A stretch of DNA of 63,099 bases, counting the filler, from Folioceros fuciformis (Eukaryota): the NCBI GenBank assembly GCA_049999805.1. It is 6 parts of 6 records of this genome, joined end to end, with 100 filler letters (N's around TTAATTAATTAA, not from the genome) between each part and the next. Parts side by side here need not be neighbours in the genome. Positions count along the whole stretch, not along the records: positions 35,481 to 41,607 come from JBNGIO010006484.1; positions 41,708 to 47,760 come from JBNGIO010006485.1; positions 47,861 to 61,554 come from JBNGIO010006486.1; 3 more parts are not named here. One strand, 5' to 3'. The notes under the pieces were generated by a model, which saw nothing but the letters and a program-made list of their open reading frames with translations, had not been told where the DNA came from and did no database searches. Made by a program: the position numbers and the translations under genes. Shown here piece after piece: positions 35,481-48,192 of this stretch. Positions within the stretch are counted from its first letter, which is position 1. The number at the start of each line of letters is the position of its first letter.

Positions 35481-38400
35481 CATCCCTAATATAATGATGT
35501 TGAATTTCTATATGCTTGGTGCGTGCATGGAAGACGGGGTTAGCAACCAAAACAATTGCTAACATGTTGTCACAATGCAAGATTGTTGGCCCTTCTTGCT
35601 TCATACCCAAGTCTTCACAAAGCTTCCTTTCCCACTTAGCCTCCTTAGTGGCTTCGGTGAGTGCCTTGTACTCAGACTCTGTGGAAGACAGGGAGATGGC
35701 TGCTTGTTTTCTACATGACCAATTAATTACAGAGGAGTTGGCCAGAAAACAATAAGCTGATATACTTTTTTCGGGTGTCTGCATCGGAAGCCCAATCTGC
35801 ATCTACGTAACAAGTTAGTTGTAGATGCTTCTTCCCGCTTGGCATATAGCAAAGGCCATAATTAGGTGTACCCTTAAGGTACCTCATAATTCGCTTGATA
35901 GCAACCTAATGACCCTTTCCTGGGTTTCCAGTGAATTGGGCAACAGCATTGACTGTGTTGGATGTATCGAGTCTTGTCCGATTACTCAGGCGTGGGCTTG
36001 CTTAAGGCCATAAATTGAGTGATTAAGTTTACACACCTTTTGTGGACAAACCTTATCTTCGTAATCCTCGGGTTGATCCATGTAGATCTCTTCCTTGAGA
36101 TGACCATAGAGAAAGGTTGTACACACATCAAGCTAATAGATCTCCAAGTTTAGTTCAACACATAAAGCAAGGAGCATTCTAACTGATGCAGCCTTGACGA
36201 CGGGTGAGTAGACCTTATCGCCTTGATAATCCACTCCCTCTTTTTGACTATATCCCTTAGATACTAATCTCGACTTGTAGCGAATTCGTGGCTCTACTTC
36301 CTGGAACTTAGTGTTAAGAACCCATTTGCACTTGACAGTGGTCCTACCCTTAGGCAGACTAACCAAAGTCTAAGTGTTGTTTTTAAGTAATGAGTTGTAC
36401 TCATCATCAATAGCTAGCTTCCATTTGGCTCCCTCGGGTCTCGAGTATGCATCTTGTAAGGTTAAAGGATCTCCCTCTGCAGCAGAAACACTTAAGGCAT
36501 AGAGAGCATCCAAAGAATTAACATAGGTTAAACTAGCTTGATTAAACTCAATATCAAATGGTTGTTCCTTCTAGAGATGCCTAGGCTGGCGCACACGAGT
36601 AGGATATCCATGCTCAAGAGCAGCCGGGGGCCTAGGTGGGGATGGAGGAGTGACAGGTGCTTGAGGAATATCATGGGGCACCACGTGTTCAAAATCAACA
36701 TGTTCAACATCACCTTGTTCCATACGGGGGTCCTCATATACTACCTCGTGGTCTATTTCCATGTCCCCCTCTCGAGCAGGAACAGAGGACTTAGGAGCGG
36801 GCTGCACTTGGGGAGCAGAACTAGCAATTGGCGGCACCAAAACTGCTTGAGGGATAGGAGCCATAGGAGGAGGAGGAACACCACCAGTCAGAAAAGTAAA
36901 GGTCTGAACAAAGGGATCAATAGAAGTATCACCAGAAGAGCGAGGAGTGCTCGAGCCAAAGGAAGCACCATCTTGCACGTCAAGAGCAGGCTCAAATGGC
37001 GTCGCAAGAGCAGGCACTATCTTAGCTTCATCAAAGGTGACAGTGCGGGCGTAGATAGGAATCCGGGAGTCCAAGTCCACGAGCTTGTAGGCTTTGCGGT
37101 CATCGCCATAACCGACAAACACCAACTTGCGAGCACGAGCATCAAGCTTGTCGCGAAGCTATGATGGGACAAGAGCATAAGTAGGGCAACCAAAAACACG
37201 AAGATGTGAAATTAAAGGCTTGCTCCCATGCCAACACTCATATGGAGTACGGCCAGAAACCGACTTGGTGAGGACTCTGTTCTTAATGTACACTGCAGTA
37301 GACATAGCCTCAGCCCAAAAGGACTTGGGTAGCTGGGACTGTGCTAGTATGGCACGAGCCATGGACATCAAATCGCCATAGGCCTTCTCAGCAACGCCGT
37401 TCTGCTCAGAAGTCTAGGGCACTGTAAACTGACGCAAGACACCACGCTGCTCGCAGAACTCGCAAAACTGATGGTTGTTGAGTTCTCCCGCATTGTCGGA
37501 GCGAATACACCGAAGTGTATGGCCAGTTTGTAACTCAGCCATAGTAACAAAGGGTGAGAACACATTAAACGAGTCACTCTTAAGACGGATAGGAAACACA
37601 AACGTATATCGGCTGAAGTCATCCACAACAGTCATAAAGTGATCCGCCTAAAGACGAGACAGGGAGAGGACCACATAAATCTACATGGACCAAATCAAGA
37701 GGTGCCAAAGACCGATGAGCAGGAAGAGTAGGATAAGAGGAACTTCGCTGTTTAGCAAGGACACAAGCTTCGCAAAGAGGCTTTGTTGACGGAAGCTTAG
37801 GAAGTTTGTCCTGGTACAAGTCTTGTTGGGAGTTGGCAAGCAATCGAGCAGGGTTGAGGTGTGCGAGCCGGCAATGCCACAAGAGAGCTGCACCTAGATG
37901 CGAGCTCCTATGCGAGCTGGTCTCCGTGAGAGGAAACCACCGTAGAGGCAGCCGCTAAAAGCACGGGCTTGCTTGAAAAGACATATAAATCATGACAAGG
38001 ACGACCTTTAGCAACAATAACCCGTGGGTTAGAAGTCCGAGATAACAGACAGCCTCCATGGCCACAGTTGAGGCGAAAGGATCCGTCCCGCACAGATGTC
38101 TAACAGAGATAAGATTCTTGGCCATGTGGGGAACATGTAGCACATTAGTAAGAAATAGCAAGGAACCATCATCCAAAGTGAAGGTGATGGAACCATGTCC
38201 CGCAATAGAAAGACCAGAGTCATCCCCAAGTAATACGAAACGCCGAGTATTAGCAGACGCTGCATACGTAGGGAACATCGACTTGTGGCTATAGATATGC
38301 GCTGTCGCGGCAGAATCTATCAGCCAAGAACTCTTGTACTCAAAGGTCACAAGACAAACAGTGAGAGCAACGCCAGGGTTAGAATGGTTCTTGGCCTTAG

Positions 38401-40257
38401 TCGAAACCACCACGGTATTTGCCGTGCGAGGTTCGCGCTTGGCCTCACCAACTTGCTTCTTCCTGCAATCCCTTTCCCAATGACCCGGGGACTGGCACTA
38501 GTTGCACGTACCTTGCCACCTTGGTGTCTTCGACAAAGAGGGTGCTGAGGAAGCAGGCTTAGAAGTACCTGTGGAGTTATTCCTTCAATTGTTATTATTA
38601 TAAGAATTCTTACGCTGCGATTGCCGTCCTTTGGAGACGAACATGACCCTCTCTCCTCCATGTTTGGAAGTCCCGATATTGAACCTGGCAGACTCCTCTT
38701 GAAGGAGTGCTCCAGCGATCTCGGACACGGTGATGTTGGGAACCATACCCAACTGCACAACATGATGTGCATTTCTCACCGTTTGGTTTTGAGAGGAGAC
38801 AAATGTCTAGTACCTAGCCAGGAGGCTAGCCAATAACTGAACAGCAGCTTCAAATTTGGTGATGGTTGTCCCAAGAGCAGCAAGCTGGGCTCGCAAATAT
38901 CGAAACTTGCTAACGTGCTGAGCAACCTTGTCATTGGGGCCCATGCGCAAAGAATAGAATTCCAGGCGTACCGTGACTAGCGTCATCACGTTCGTGGACT
39001 GATAGATGTCAGTGATTTGCTTCCAAGCTTCAACAGATGTGGACGCACCATCAGTGTGATGTAAGGTAACCTTGTCGAGGCCAGAGATCAACATCTGCAT
39101 AGCCTATCAATCTTGACGAACCCAAGCATCAATGACAGCCGGATTAGCGGAGGGCTTGGGAATGGTTCCCTCCACAATGGGGAGAAGATCTCGAGTGTTG
39201 AGCATAGTCTTCATGCGCTTTGACCACACCTCAAACTTTGTACCGTTAAATCTATCCTTTTCCTTGAAGACATGTCTGTATTGATATTAACGATTTTGAA
39301 GTAAGGTTGAAGTGGGGGGATACCAACTGGGGGTGGAGGCGGTGGGTTGCCTGCTGGGCCACCAAAAGGTGGTGGGTTGATGGTTTGCCGACCTAGAGGT
39401 GGTGTGGGTGGTGATGGGGGTCTTGATCCTAGCCTTGGAGACCCAAGAAGCCCCGACCCAGAGGTAGAAGCGCTTGACATCTATTGTGGATTTGAAACCA
39501 AAGCGTAAGCCGATGATACGTTATGACACAACGCCGAGAGTACGAGTGAAAGAAGAATCACAAGAGATTATGTAATAAAAGTACTACTCTTCGTCTTTTA
39601 GAATCCACCCACCACAATCATTTCCTCCCTGTGGTGAGGAATGTGCAGCTTACTCTTCATTAAGCAAAAACTGCCTTTGCTCAAGCTTTCAAAAATAAAA
39701 TAAAAAATCAGAACACTGTTTGCCAAGTTCAGGCCTTCCTCCTCGCAAATCCTGGGCCTGCTGTGGCTTCCACGGCCTGGTTGCCTTCAGTAGTTACTGC
39801 TCCTCCTGAGTCACTCTCCCTCTCGCGCCTCTCACGCGCTCTTGTGCCTGTGGCGCCTGTTGTGGCTTCCTATGCCACCTACGCTGCTGCACCTCCTGCG
39901 CCTCTCAATGGCTTGCATTGCCAGCCACCTTCACGCTCACGGCCATAGCCTCAAACCCCCGCCATAGCCACCATGGCCGCCAACGCTCTCTCTGGCTCTG
40001 ATACCATGTTGAAAAAGCACCACAAGCTAAGATGGACTCCACAGTACATTCCTTATGGTGCACAGGATGCTACATATATAGCCTTTAGGCGGGGCTACCG
40101 TCGATAAGGTAAGCCTTAGTCTCGAGGGTGCAATATCCTGGTATAACCTGGTATCACTTAGGTGGTAGATAACTACGAGTTCAATATGGGATAATCTACA
40201 CTATCCTAAGTGTTGTATGCTCTTAATAACAATTCAGCTAGAGCTTGATTTCTAACA
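35481..40257 (-). mobile_element. Ty1/Copia element (Copia-3), degenerate, canonical 5' LTR 40007-40257
   Basis: LTR tgtt..aaca, PBS at 40006-39994, gag, protease WLIDSAAT, LWHCRLAH, integrase QNGVAEK, RT with an internal deletion near 35990, RNase H ESEY. The 3' end falls in a gap. Confidence 0.9.
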
Positions 40258-41607
40258 AAATGCTGTCTTGATGTCAAGTTGCATTAATTCATAGTCATGA
40301 TGAGATGCTAAAGCTACAAGAATCCTAATTGAGGTTATCTTAAGTATATGACTAAAAGTTTCATCATAATCAAATCCGTACTTTTGAGAATATCCCTTTT
40401 GCCACTAGTCTAGCTTTATATCTTTCTATGCTACCATCACCATTTAACTTAATTTTAAAAGTCCACTTAGAGCCTACTAATTTTCTATCCTTAGGTAGAC
40501 TAGTTAGGGTCCAAGTCTTATTAGCTTGTAGGGATTCTAATTCTGATTTAATGGCCTTTTTCTAGTGTTCCTTTTATGTGCATGTCATGTCTTCGTGATA
40601 ATTGGCTGGAACAAATTGATCTATGGCTGCATGGAGGCAATAGGCTAAAGTGTTTTTAGGGTTCCGCCAATTAGTGGGGGAATATCTATTAATTTTACCT
40701 GCATTATGTCTTTGAGGACGCCTGCCTCTTGTGTCAATGGGGTTGTCTTGTTGTGGAGTGTCCTCAATGTCCTCGTGAAGAGGATCTTCAACAGCTTGAG
40801 TATATGTAGGTTGAATGATGGAGTTATGATCATTATTTAAATTCAAATACAATTTCCCATTTGCTTTTGGGGTCCTCGGTCGAGGGTGAGAGCCGGGCAT
40901 CAAGTTGTGTGGCCGAGAGTCGCCCCGCGTGTCTATCTCAAATGCTTGGTCAAAAATACTCGTATCTGCCGGTTCATGATGGCTGTGAGGGCACGCTTCC
41001 GAGGATGTGCCGCCGTTGTGCGGATCTGGATGGCTAATTGGTTGCTGGCTATGTGCTCCTTGCCGTGTGTAGACGCGTGGCCCTGCTGCTGATGGATGCG
41101 TGCCTGCTGAGTGCCCTCCGTGCTGGAAATGTCATTGGCTATCCTCATCCTGGAGTGCTTCGGGCCTGCTATTCCCCCTGTCGATCTGAGAGCTGAAGAT
41201 GCTGGAGGCCGAGGACGCTTCTGCAAGTAAGGAGGAGTCGAGCTCGTTGTCCATAAAATCGCCAAAGAAGATTGATGGAGTTGCTGCTGCAGGCTGAGGC
41301 AGAGGGCCGGGCTTTGGTGCAGGTGTGGCTGGTGGCACGGGCTGGGCGGGTGGCTGTGGTTGAGCCTGTTGGTGAGGAGCTAGGAGATTGGGTGGTTTGG
41401 ACTCATCTTTGTCACTATCCTCAGGCTGTGCAGTGGTGTGGCTGGAGGATTCTCCCACTACAGGGTTGTCTGGCATGTCCTCAAGGAATGTTACATCTCG
41501 GGAATAGGTCAGTTTGTGTGTCTATGGATGGATGAGTTTATAGCCTTTAATGGCGTCAGTGAATCCCACAAATAGGTATTTTCTGGCCCTATCATCCAGC
41601 TTTGTTC
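40258..41607 (-). mobile_element. Older Copia pol fragment (integrase C-term to RT) interrupted by Copia-3
   Basis: KLDDRARKYLFVGF..GYKL near 41600-41540, KWTFKIK..KARLVAKG near 40465-40395, MQLDIKTAF ending at 40258. Confidence 0.75.
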
Positions 41608-44600
41608 NNNNNNNNNNNNNNNNNNNNNNNNNNNNNNNNNNNNNNNNNNNNTTAATTAATTAANNNNNNNNNNNNNNNNNNNNNNNNNNNNNNNNNNNNN
41701 NNNNNNNCTGAGCTCCCACTGCCGGCGATGGCCCTGACCTGTGACTTCGATGCCGCTGTGTTGCTGGCGCTGGTTCTTGTGCTACAAGCATGTGCTGTTC
41801 GTTGACGCCGACCTTGCGGTGTGTGCGCGGAGTTGCTAAGTTGCATTCCCCGAAGGAGGAGCTTGAAATTGCTCACTCCCACTGACGGACTGATTGAGGG
41901 ATGCCACAGCTTGCGCCCGACGCGCCTTTTCTGGTTCCTTCCCAAGTGCCTGGACAAGTTTATCAGATATGGCGAGTCCTCCCACTGCCTGCTTGCCTTG
42001 GTGTTCTCCGGCCAATCCTGCATACTGACTTGTGTTCTGGCGTGTGTTGGTGCAGAACCGTGATGGCGCTGTACATCTAGGATGCCCTATAGACAGTTCA
42101 AGAAAGCTTGAAGATTCCTGTATGCATTTGCAGCTGTCTTTCTAGCTAGGTGAAGTAGGTAGGCTTAGGTATTCGTACACTCCACTAACCCCATGGCTCT
42201 TGAGAACTTTTCGTGCTTGTCCCGGGGCAGAGGCTTGGTTAGCAGGTCAGATGTATTCTCGTGTGTGGACACATATTGCAGACTAACATGCCCCTCTGAT
42301 ATGACCTGCCTGATGAAGTGGTGTTTAATATCGATATGTTTAGTGCGTGCGTGCATTACCGGATTTTGAGAGAGAGCGATTGCTGATTGGTTATCGCTAA
42401 GGAGTGGTGTCGGGGCAGCTTGTGTCTCCCCCAGTGATGCTAACAACTCCCGGCAATGGAGAATATCCTGGGCAGCTGTCGTAGTGGCTATATACTCAGC
42501 CTCAGTAGAGGAGAGAGCCACCACTTGCTGTTTCTTCAAGTGCCAGGCTATGACTGTTGACTGATGTTCGTCTTGGCCTAGCATAAGGCAATGTGCTGAG
42601 ATGGATCTTCTACTGTCAGTGTCCGCTGCCCAGTCAGCGTCACATTAGCAGGTGAGAAGCAGTTTTTCAAGTCTCTTGGAGTATAGCAGTTCTAACCTTG
42701 GTTTGGTACCAAGATACCTTAGTATCCGCTGTACAGCATGCCAATGGGCAGAACCATAGTTTGACAGGAATTGGGATGCAACCCCAACAGCATGTGACAG
42801 CTCTGGACGTGTCCAGTTCCTGAAATATATGCATACTCCCACTGCCTGCCTGTACGGTATGGATTCCATTTCCTGCCTTTCCTTTTTAGTCTTTGGACAT
42901 TGTGCAAGGGTTAGTTTATCTCCGACAGCCATAGGTGTGGCCACTGGCTTTGCATGCTGCATCCTGAATCTAACCAGCGTTTGCTGAACAAACGTTGACT
43001 GATGTATGAATATTGTGTGTGCAGCAAGATTCTGTTGAATCTGTATGCCAAGGAAGAACGTTAGCTGGCCCAAGTCCGACATAGAGAATTCTGAGGTCAG
43101 AAAACCTTTTACTGTTGCCATGTGCTTTGGGCCACTGGCCATGATGACCGCATCATCAACATACAGGGCCAGGTACACTACTCCATCCTTGTCATGCAGT
43201 TTATACACATTAGAATCTGCTTCACTTTGTACGAAGCCACATTGCTTGAGATAGGCGTCAATACGCTTATACCATTCTCTAGGGGACTATTTCAGTCCAT
43301 AGATGGTTTTGATAAGTCGGCAGACTTTCTGTGGATGCTTAGGATCCACATAACCCTCTGGTTGCTTCATATAAATAGTTTCTTCTAGTTTTCCGTTTAG
43401 GAATGCGGTTTTAACATCCATGTGCTGTAACACGAAATCATACTGAGCAGCCAAGGCCAGTAATGCTCGAACAGATGTAGCCCTCACGACTGGAGAGAAC
43501 GTCTCCGTATAATCTAACCCTTCTACCTGACTGTAGCCACATGCTACAAGTCTTGCTTTGTATCGGGCTATGGACCCATCTGCTGCCAGCTTGCTCTTAA
43601 AGACCCATTTGCATGTGACAGCCTTCCTACCTGCAGGGAGATCCTCAAGAACCCACGTTTTATTATCCATAATGGATTTATACTGAGACTCTATGGCCTC
43701 CTTCCATTTTACTTTGTCTAGTGAATTTATGGCCTCTTGATAAGACTGAGGGTCTCCTGCATCCATGGGATCAGCATCCTCTTGGACTAGAAAGGTTTTG
43801 TATGTAAGACGCGGCTCCTTCCACTCATCTAGAGACAAGGTATGCACACGGCTGCTCCTTCTGAGTTCAGATTCCTCAGCTGGCGCACTTTCTGCTACAG
43901 CTTCTGTATGTGGCTGATCTTCCTCACCATCGCTTGCATTGTGCACAGAATCGAAGGAGACAGGCTCATCTTCATCACTCTCATTGTCAGGGAACACGCT
44001 TGGTTCCTCATCATCATCCGACAGGTCTGTGTATGTAGATGGGTGTGGAGCCTGACTGGATGATGGAGTGGAGGACTGAGGTACACTAGTCTGCTGCTGT
44101 GCACTAGCCTGAGACGTAGATGTAGACCCAATTTCTAAGGTGATGTCATGAGGCTCGTCAGTTTGTTCTAAGGTAGAATTCTGGTGAGGTTCATTGGCTG
44201 GTGGTGGATGTAACGGCAGCTGCTCATTAAAGATTACGCTTCTAGCATGTGTGATGGTTCTAGACACAGGATCATACAGCTTATAGCCTTTAACTCCTTT
44301 TGTATAACCAATAAAAACATACTTTCGTGATTTGTAATCTAACTTTCTGCGCTGTTTCTCTGCAAGGTGTGCATACGCAGGGGACCCAAAGATCCTCAAA
44401 TGATTGATCCTTGGTTTATGATTAGTCCACCTTTGAAATGGAGTGGCACCCTCAAAGGCTTTTGTGGGTAGCCTATTTCTGATGTATGCAGCTGTTGCAA
44501 CTGCCTCACCCCGTAACCGCGTGATAAACCAGAAATTTGAAGCATAGACTTGGCGGCTTCTTGAAGGTGTCTATTGTTTAACTTGGCAAGAGGGTTTTGA

Positions 44601-46803
44601 GAAGATGTGTAAGGTACAGTGTACTATTTGCTTATCCCCAGCTCCTTACAATATTCCTCAAAAGCATTTGAACAGAATTCTCCTCCTCCATCACTGCGAA
44701 GGCACTTAACCAGTTCGCCTGTTTGTCTTTGTGCATAGGGAACGTACTCCTGGAAGCAGCTCAAGGCTTGGCTTTTGTGTTTGAGCAAATATACCACCAC
44801 ATAGCGGCTCCAATCATCTAGAAAAGACAAATATAGAGCGCACCTCCAAAGGTGGCTGTGGACATGGGGCCACATAGGTCGATATGTACAAGTTCCAGCA
44901 ACTTTGTTGCTCTTGTGGGATTCTTATTAGCATAAGGTAGCCGCTTGTGTTTGCCGAAGACACATGATTTGCAGAACTGCTTGTCTTCAAACTTGAGCAT
45001 AAATTTTTCTCTATACAGATTATTTCTGGCCACCATAGATTTCAGTTTATCGAAATTGACATGTGCCAGGCGGCAATGCCATAGCATGGCCTGCTGCTGT
45101 TGTTTTTCCTCTTGACTTACATGCACATGTGCTCTTGCAGGATGTGTGCCAAACTTAGAGGTAAAGTTGACCTTGTACAGGTCATGCAGCGGGGTACCAA
45201 CTGCAACTACTTTGTCTCCCAACCGTGGATCAGTAATGTGACATTCATCTCCACTAAACGAAATGTCAAGGGGATGTTGAGCTGTGAACCTACGTATAGA
45301 CACTAGGTTCTTTGCCATGTCAGGCACATGTAATACATCACATAGGTGGATGGTAGTCTTATCTGCAAGGACAACTGGAATAGTACCGACTCCCTCTATG
45401 GTGAGACCTCTATCATCCCCTAGCTTGACTGATTGTCCAGGTTGAACAGGTCTATAATTGTCAAAAGAATCTCGTGTATGACAAATATGTGCAGAGGCAC
45501 CGAAGTCTAAGAACCAGATGTGTTTTTCTGATGCAGATGACACAAGGCAGACTGCAAGTATGGTGTTGGTTTTTCGAAGTACCACATTGGTTTCAGGAGG
45601 TGCAGTCTTTTTAGGCTCACCAGCCTTTTTCTTTCTACACTCAGCCTCCTAGTGGCCAGGGATCAAACACCAATTGCAGGTGCCCTTTTTCTTATTGGTG
45701 GCAGCAGCTGCTCTCTTCTTAGAATTTGTGTTACCACTGCTGCTACTAGCAGGCCAAGCTTGACGTGGAGGATGCCTCAGAGGGCCTTTAGTGTAAAGCA
45801 CCTGTTAATGGGGTCTCCTTTGTGAGAGGAACCACCCTTGCTTGTATGCCTAGTAGACTCTTCTTCAAGAAGAGCACCAATGAGGTCAGACAGTGTGACA
45901 GGAGGAGTCTGGCCTGCTAGTGTGGCCAGTCCTATTTGACGAATAGATGCACTATAGTTGCTGACAAAAGTTCGGTAGCTCTCATGAAGTGACAGCAGCA
46001 GAGCCACGGCATCTTGCATCTCGGTCGTGGTGGTGCCACTTGAGGTAAGCTTAGATCTCAGTTGCCTGAATCTAATCACGTGCTGCTCGACTGATTCACC
46101 TTCCCGCATTTTGCAGTTATATAAGTCCCGGGTTGCATAGACCAAGGATGTTCCATTTACAACTTGGTATACTTGAGAGAGAGAATCCCAGACAGCCTTT
46201 GTCGATGCCACATCTCTCGTGTGATGCATCATTGTCCCATCAAGCGCTGACTGGATAATCCTAATCCACGTAAGTCCTTCTTAACCTACGCTGCAATGTC
46301 AGCAGGTGGTGAACCTTGTGCAGGTTTTACGGAGGTTCCATCAACAACCTCCCATAGGTCATGTTCCTTTAGAATGGTCTGAACCCGTAACGACCATATG
46401 TCAAACTGTGAACCAGTAAATCTATCTTTTTCTTTAAAGTCTATTTTAATGTTATTCACAGTTGTGTAGTTGGTGACATTTTGTGGATTAGCCATTGTGC
46501 TAAATGTTGTGATTAATTGTGCTGCACTGGCAGCTTGAGTCACCTGTTCTACTTGTGTTTGCTGAGGTACAAAAGCAGCCTATGCTACATGAGCTAATTG
46601 TGCTGCGTGTAAATTTGCAGGTACGACATTGGTACTTCCCTGCGATGATGATGACTGAGCAGGTTGCTGTGACTGTGGTGCAAGTCCTAATGGATCTACT
46701 GCTAATGGAGGCAAAGAAGGATCCTGATTAGGCCTCTTGGGTGTCTTGCGCAATGGGATTCTGTTGCGCCAATTTCTGTATGACATGGACAGGTGTCATA
46801 ACT

Positions 46804-47502
46804 TCAGATATCCAGAGGTGCTTCGACACCAGTACTGCTTGGTTCCATACTGGTCACAGCATCCTTCAGCGCAGCTACCATTTTTAGGAAGTCCGGTGTT
46901 AGATAATCTTGTTTGGGTTGCTCATCCGGCTTGATAAGTTTGAATGACAGGCTAGCAAGGTGTTGAGACACATGAAGGATAGACCTACTGAGGTCTACTA
47001 TGTCATTTGTAATGACCTCTAAGGCTGACTGATTTTTATCGGCCTGTGCAATGGGAAGATCATGTGTTCCTGCTAGCAATTGTTCACTAGATGTAGGAAA
47101 GTGGCATGTATTAGAACATTGACTGCATACAGGCTTCTTTCCGTGACTAGCTACAGTTTGTGCATAGGGAATTTCTCTACTAACACAAGTTCTAAAGTTT
47201 GCTAGTGCAGGAATCTCAGCAGGTTTTGGGTGCTGTGGTTTTGATGGTGCAGAAATGTAGCGGTACTCCCAGTGCTCGTCTCTGACTCCAAAGATGCACT
47301 CTTCGCACTGTGGGAAACGATCAAACACCACACCTACGTCTTTTACTTGTGTGCTCCTTGCTTTGTGATCACAGGCAGGCAAGAATGTGTCATCCAAGTA
47401 TTGATCCAAGTGTGTCTACGGTCTTCCCACAGATTTCTTGGAGGATTGCAGTCCAGGCCAGCCAGAATGCACCTTATTTCTGCTACCACGGCACCTCGGC
47501 AT
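46804..47502 (-). CDS. Copia-4 accessory ORF-B (232 codons, MPRCRG..., one internal TAG at codon 29)
   Basis: ATG at 47502 is in frame with ORF 46804-47409. The stop lies 17 nt before the next ATG (46786, start of the gag region). Confidence 0.6.
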
Positions 47503-47507
47503 CGCAA

Positions 47508-47690
47508 TTAATAGTTGTAGTAATGGTACACAGCATCTGCCAAGAAGGTACTCGCCATGTCGCCAAATCTGCTCAAGGCAATTTTTAATGCTGCAATCAG
47601 GGATCGGAAATCGTCATGCTTGAGATTTCTGATGTAGGAATTGCTTTTGCAGATGTCGCATCTGTCAGCGGGCGGCACGGCACAGTCCAT
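47508..47690 (-). CDS. Copia-4 accessory ORF-A (60 aa, CxxC)
   Basis: MDCAVPPADRCDICKSNSYIRNLKHDDFRSLIAALKIALSRFGDMASTFLADAVYHYYNY; starts 6 nt after the PBS; clearly homologous to 53400-53594. Confidence 0.75.
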   Translation of the reverse strand: MDCAVPPADRCDICKSNSYIRNLKHDDFRSLIAALKIALSRFGDMASTFLADAVYHYYNY

Positions 47691-48192
47691 CCCTGTGCTC
47701 TGATACCATCTAGAACTAGGATCGATGGCAGATAGATTGCATAAAGGATTCATAGATTGGNNNNNNNNNNNNNNNNNNNNNNNNNNNNNNNNNNNNNNNN
47801 NNNNTTAATTAATTAANNNNNNNNNNNNNNNNNNNNNNNNNNNNNNNNNNNNNNNNNNNNATGTTTATTATTAATGCTGGATATATAAAAGCCTATTTAC
47901 ACCTTTACTCCCACTTAGCCAGCATTGCCTTGAGTTGAGTTCACCAAAAAAGGTTTCGCAGTCGGCTTACTTCTGAACTAGGCAGCTGAGCATAGACATG
48001 GCAAAGTCCCTGTTTACTTGGATTCCTCCCACTGCAGCTTAAGTCATTGATAGCTTCTGAATGCATGCCTTTGTTGACGCAGAACCATGGTGGCGCTGCA
48101 CAACAAAGATGTCTTCCAGGAGATACTATCCTTCATGAAGAACCGCTGCAGGATTAGAGTTTAAGTGCTAGCTAGGTGAGTAGCAAATGTGC

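Larger units (their letters stand above)
41708..47760 (-). mobile_element. Ty1/Copia element (Copia-4), relative of Copia-5, with ORF-A and ORF-B; several stops/frameshifts
   Basis: PBS at 47708-47697, gag FKEKDRF, protease WFLDFGAS, integrase QNPLAKLNNR, RT YVDD, RNase H EAEY..SDLLTK. High protein similarity to 48193-52737. LTRs are mostly in gaps. Confidence 0.92.
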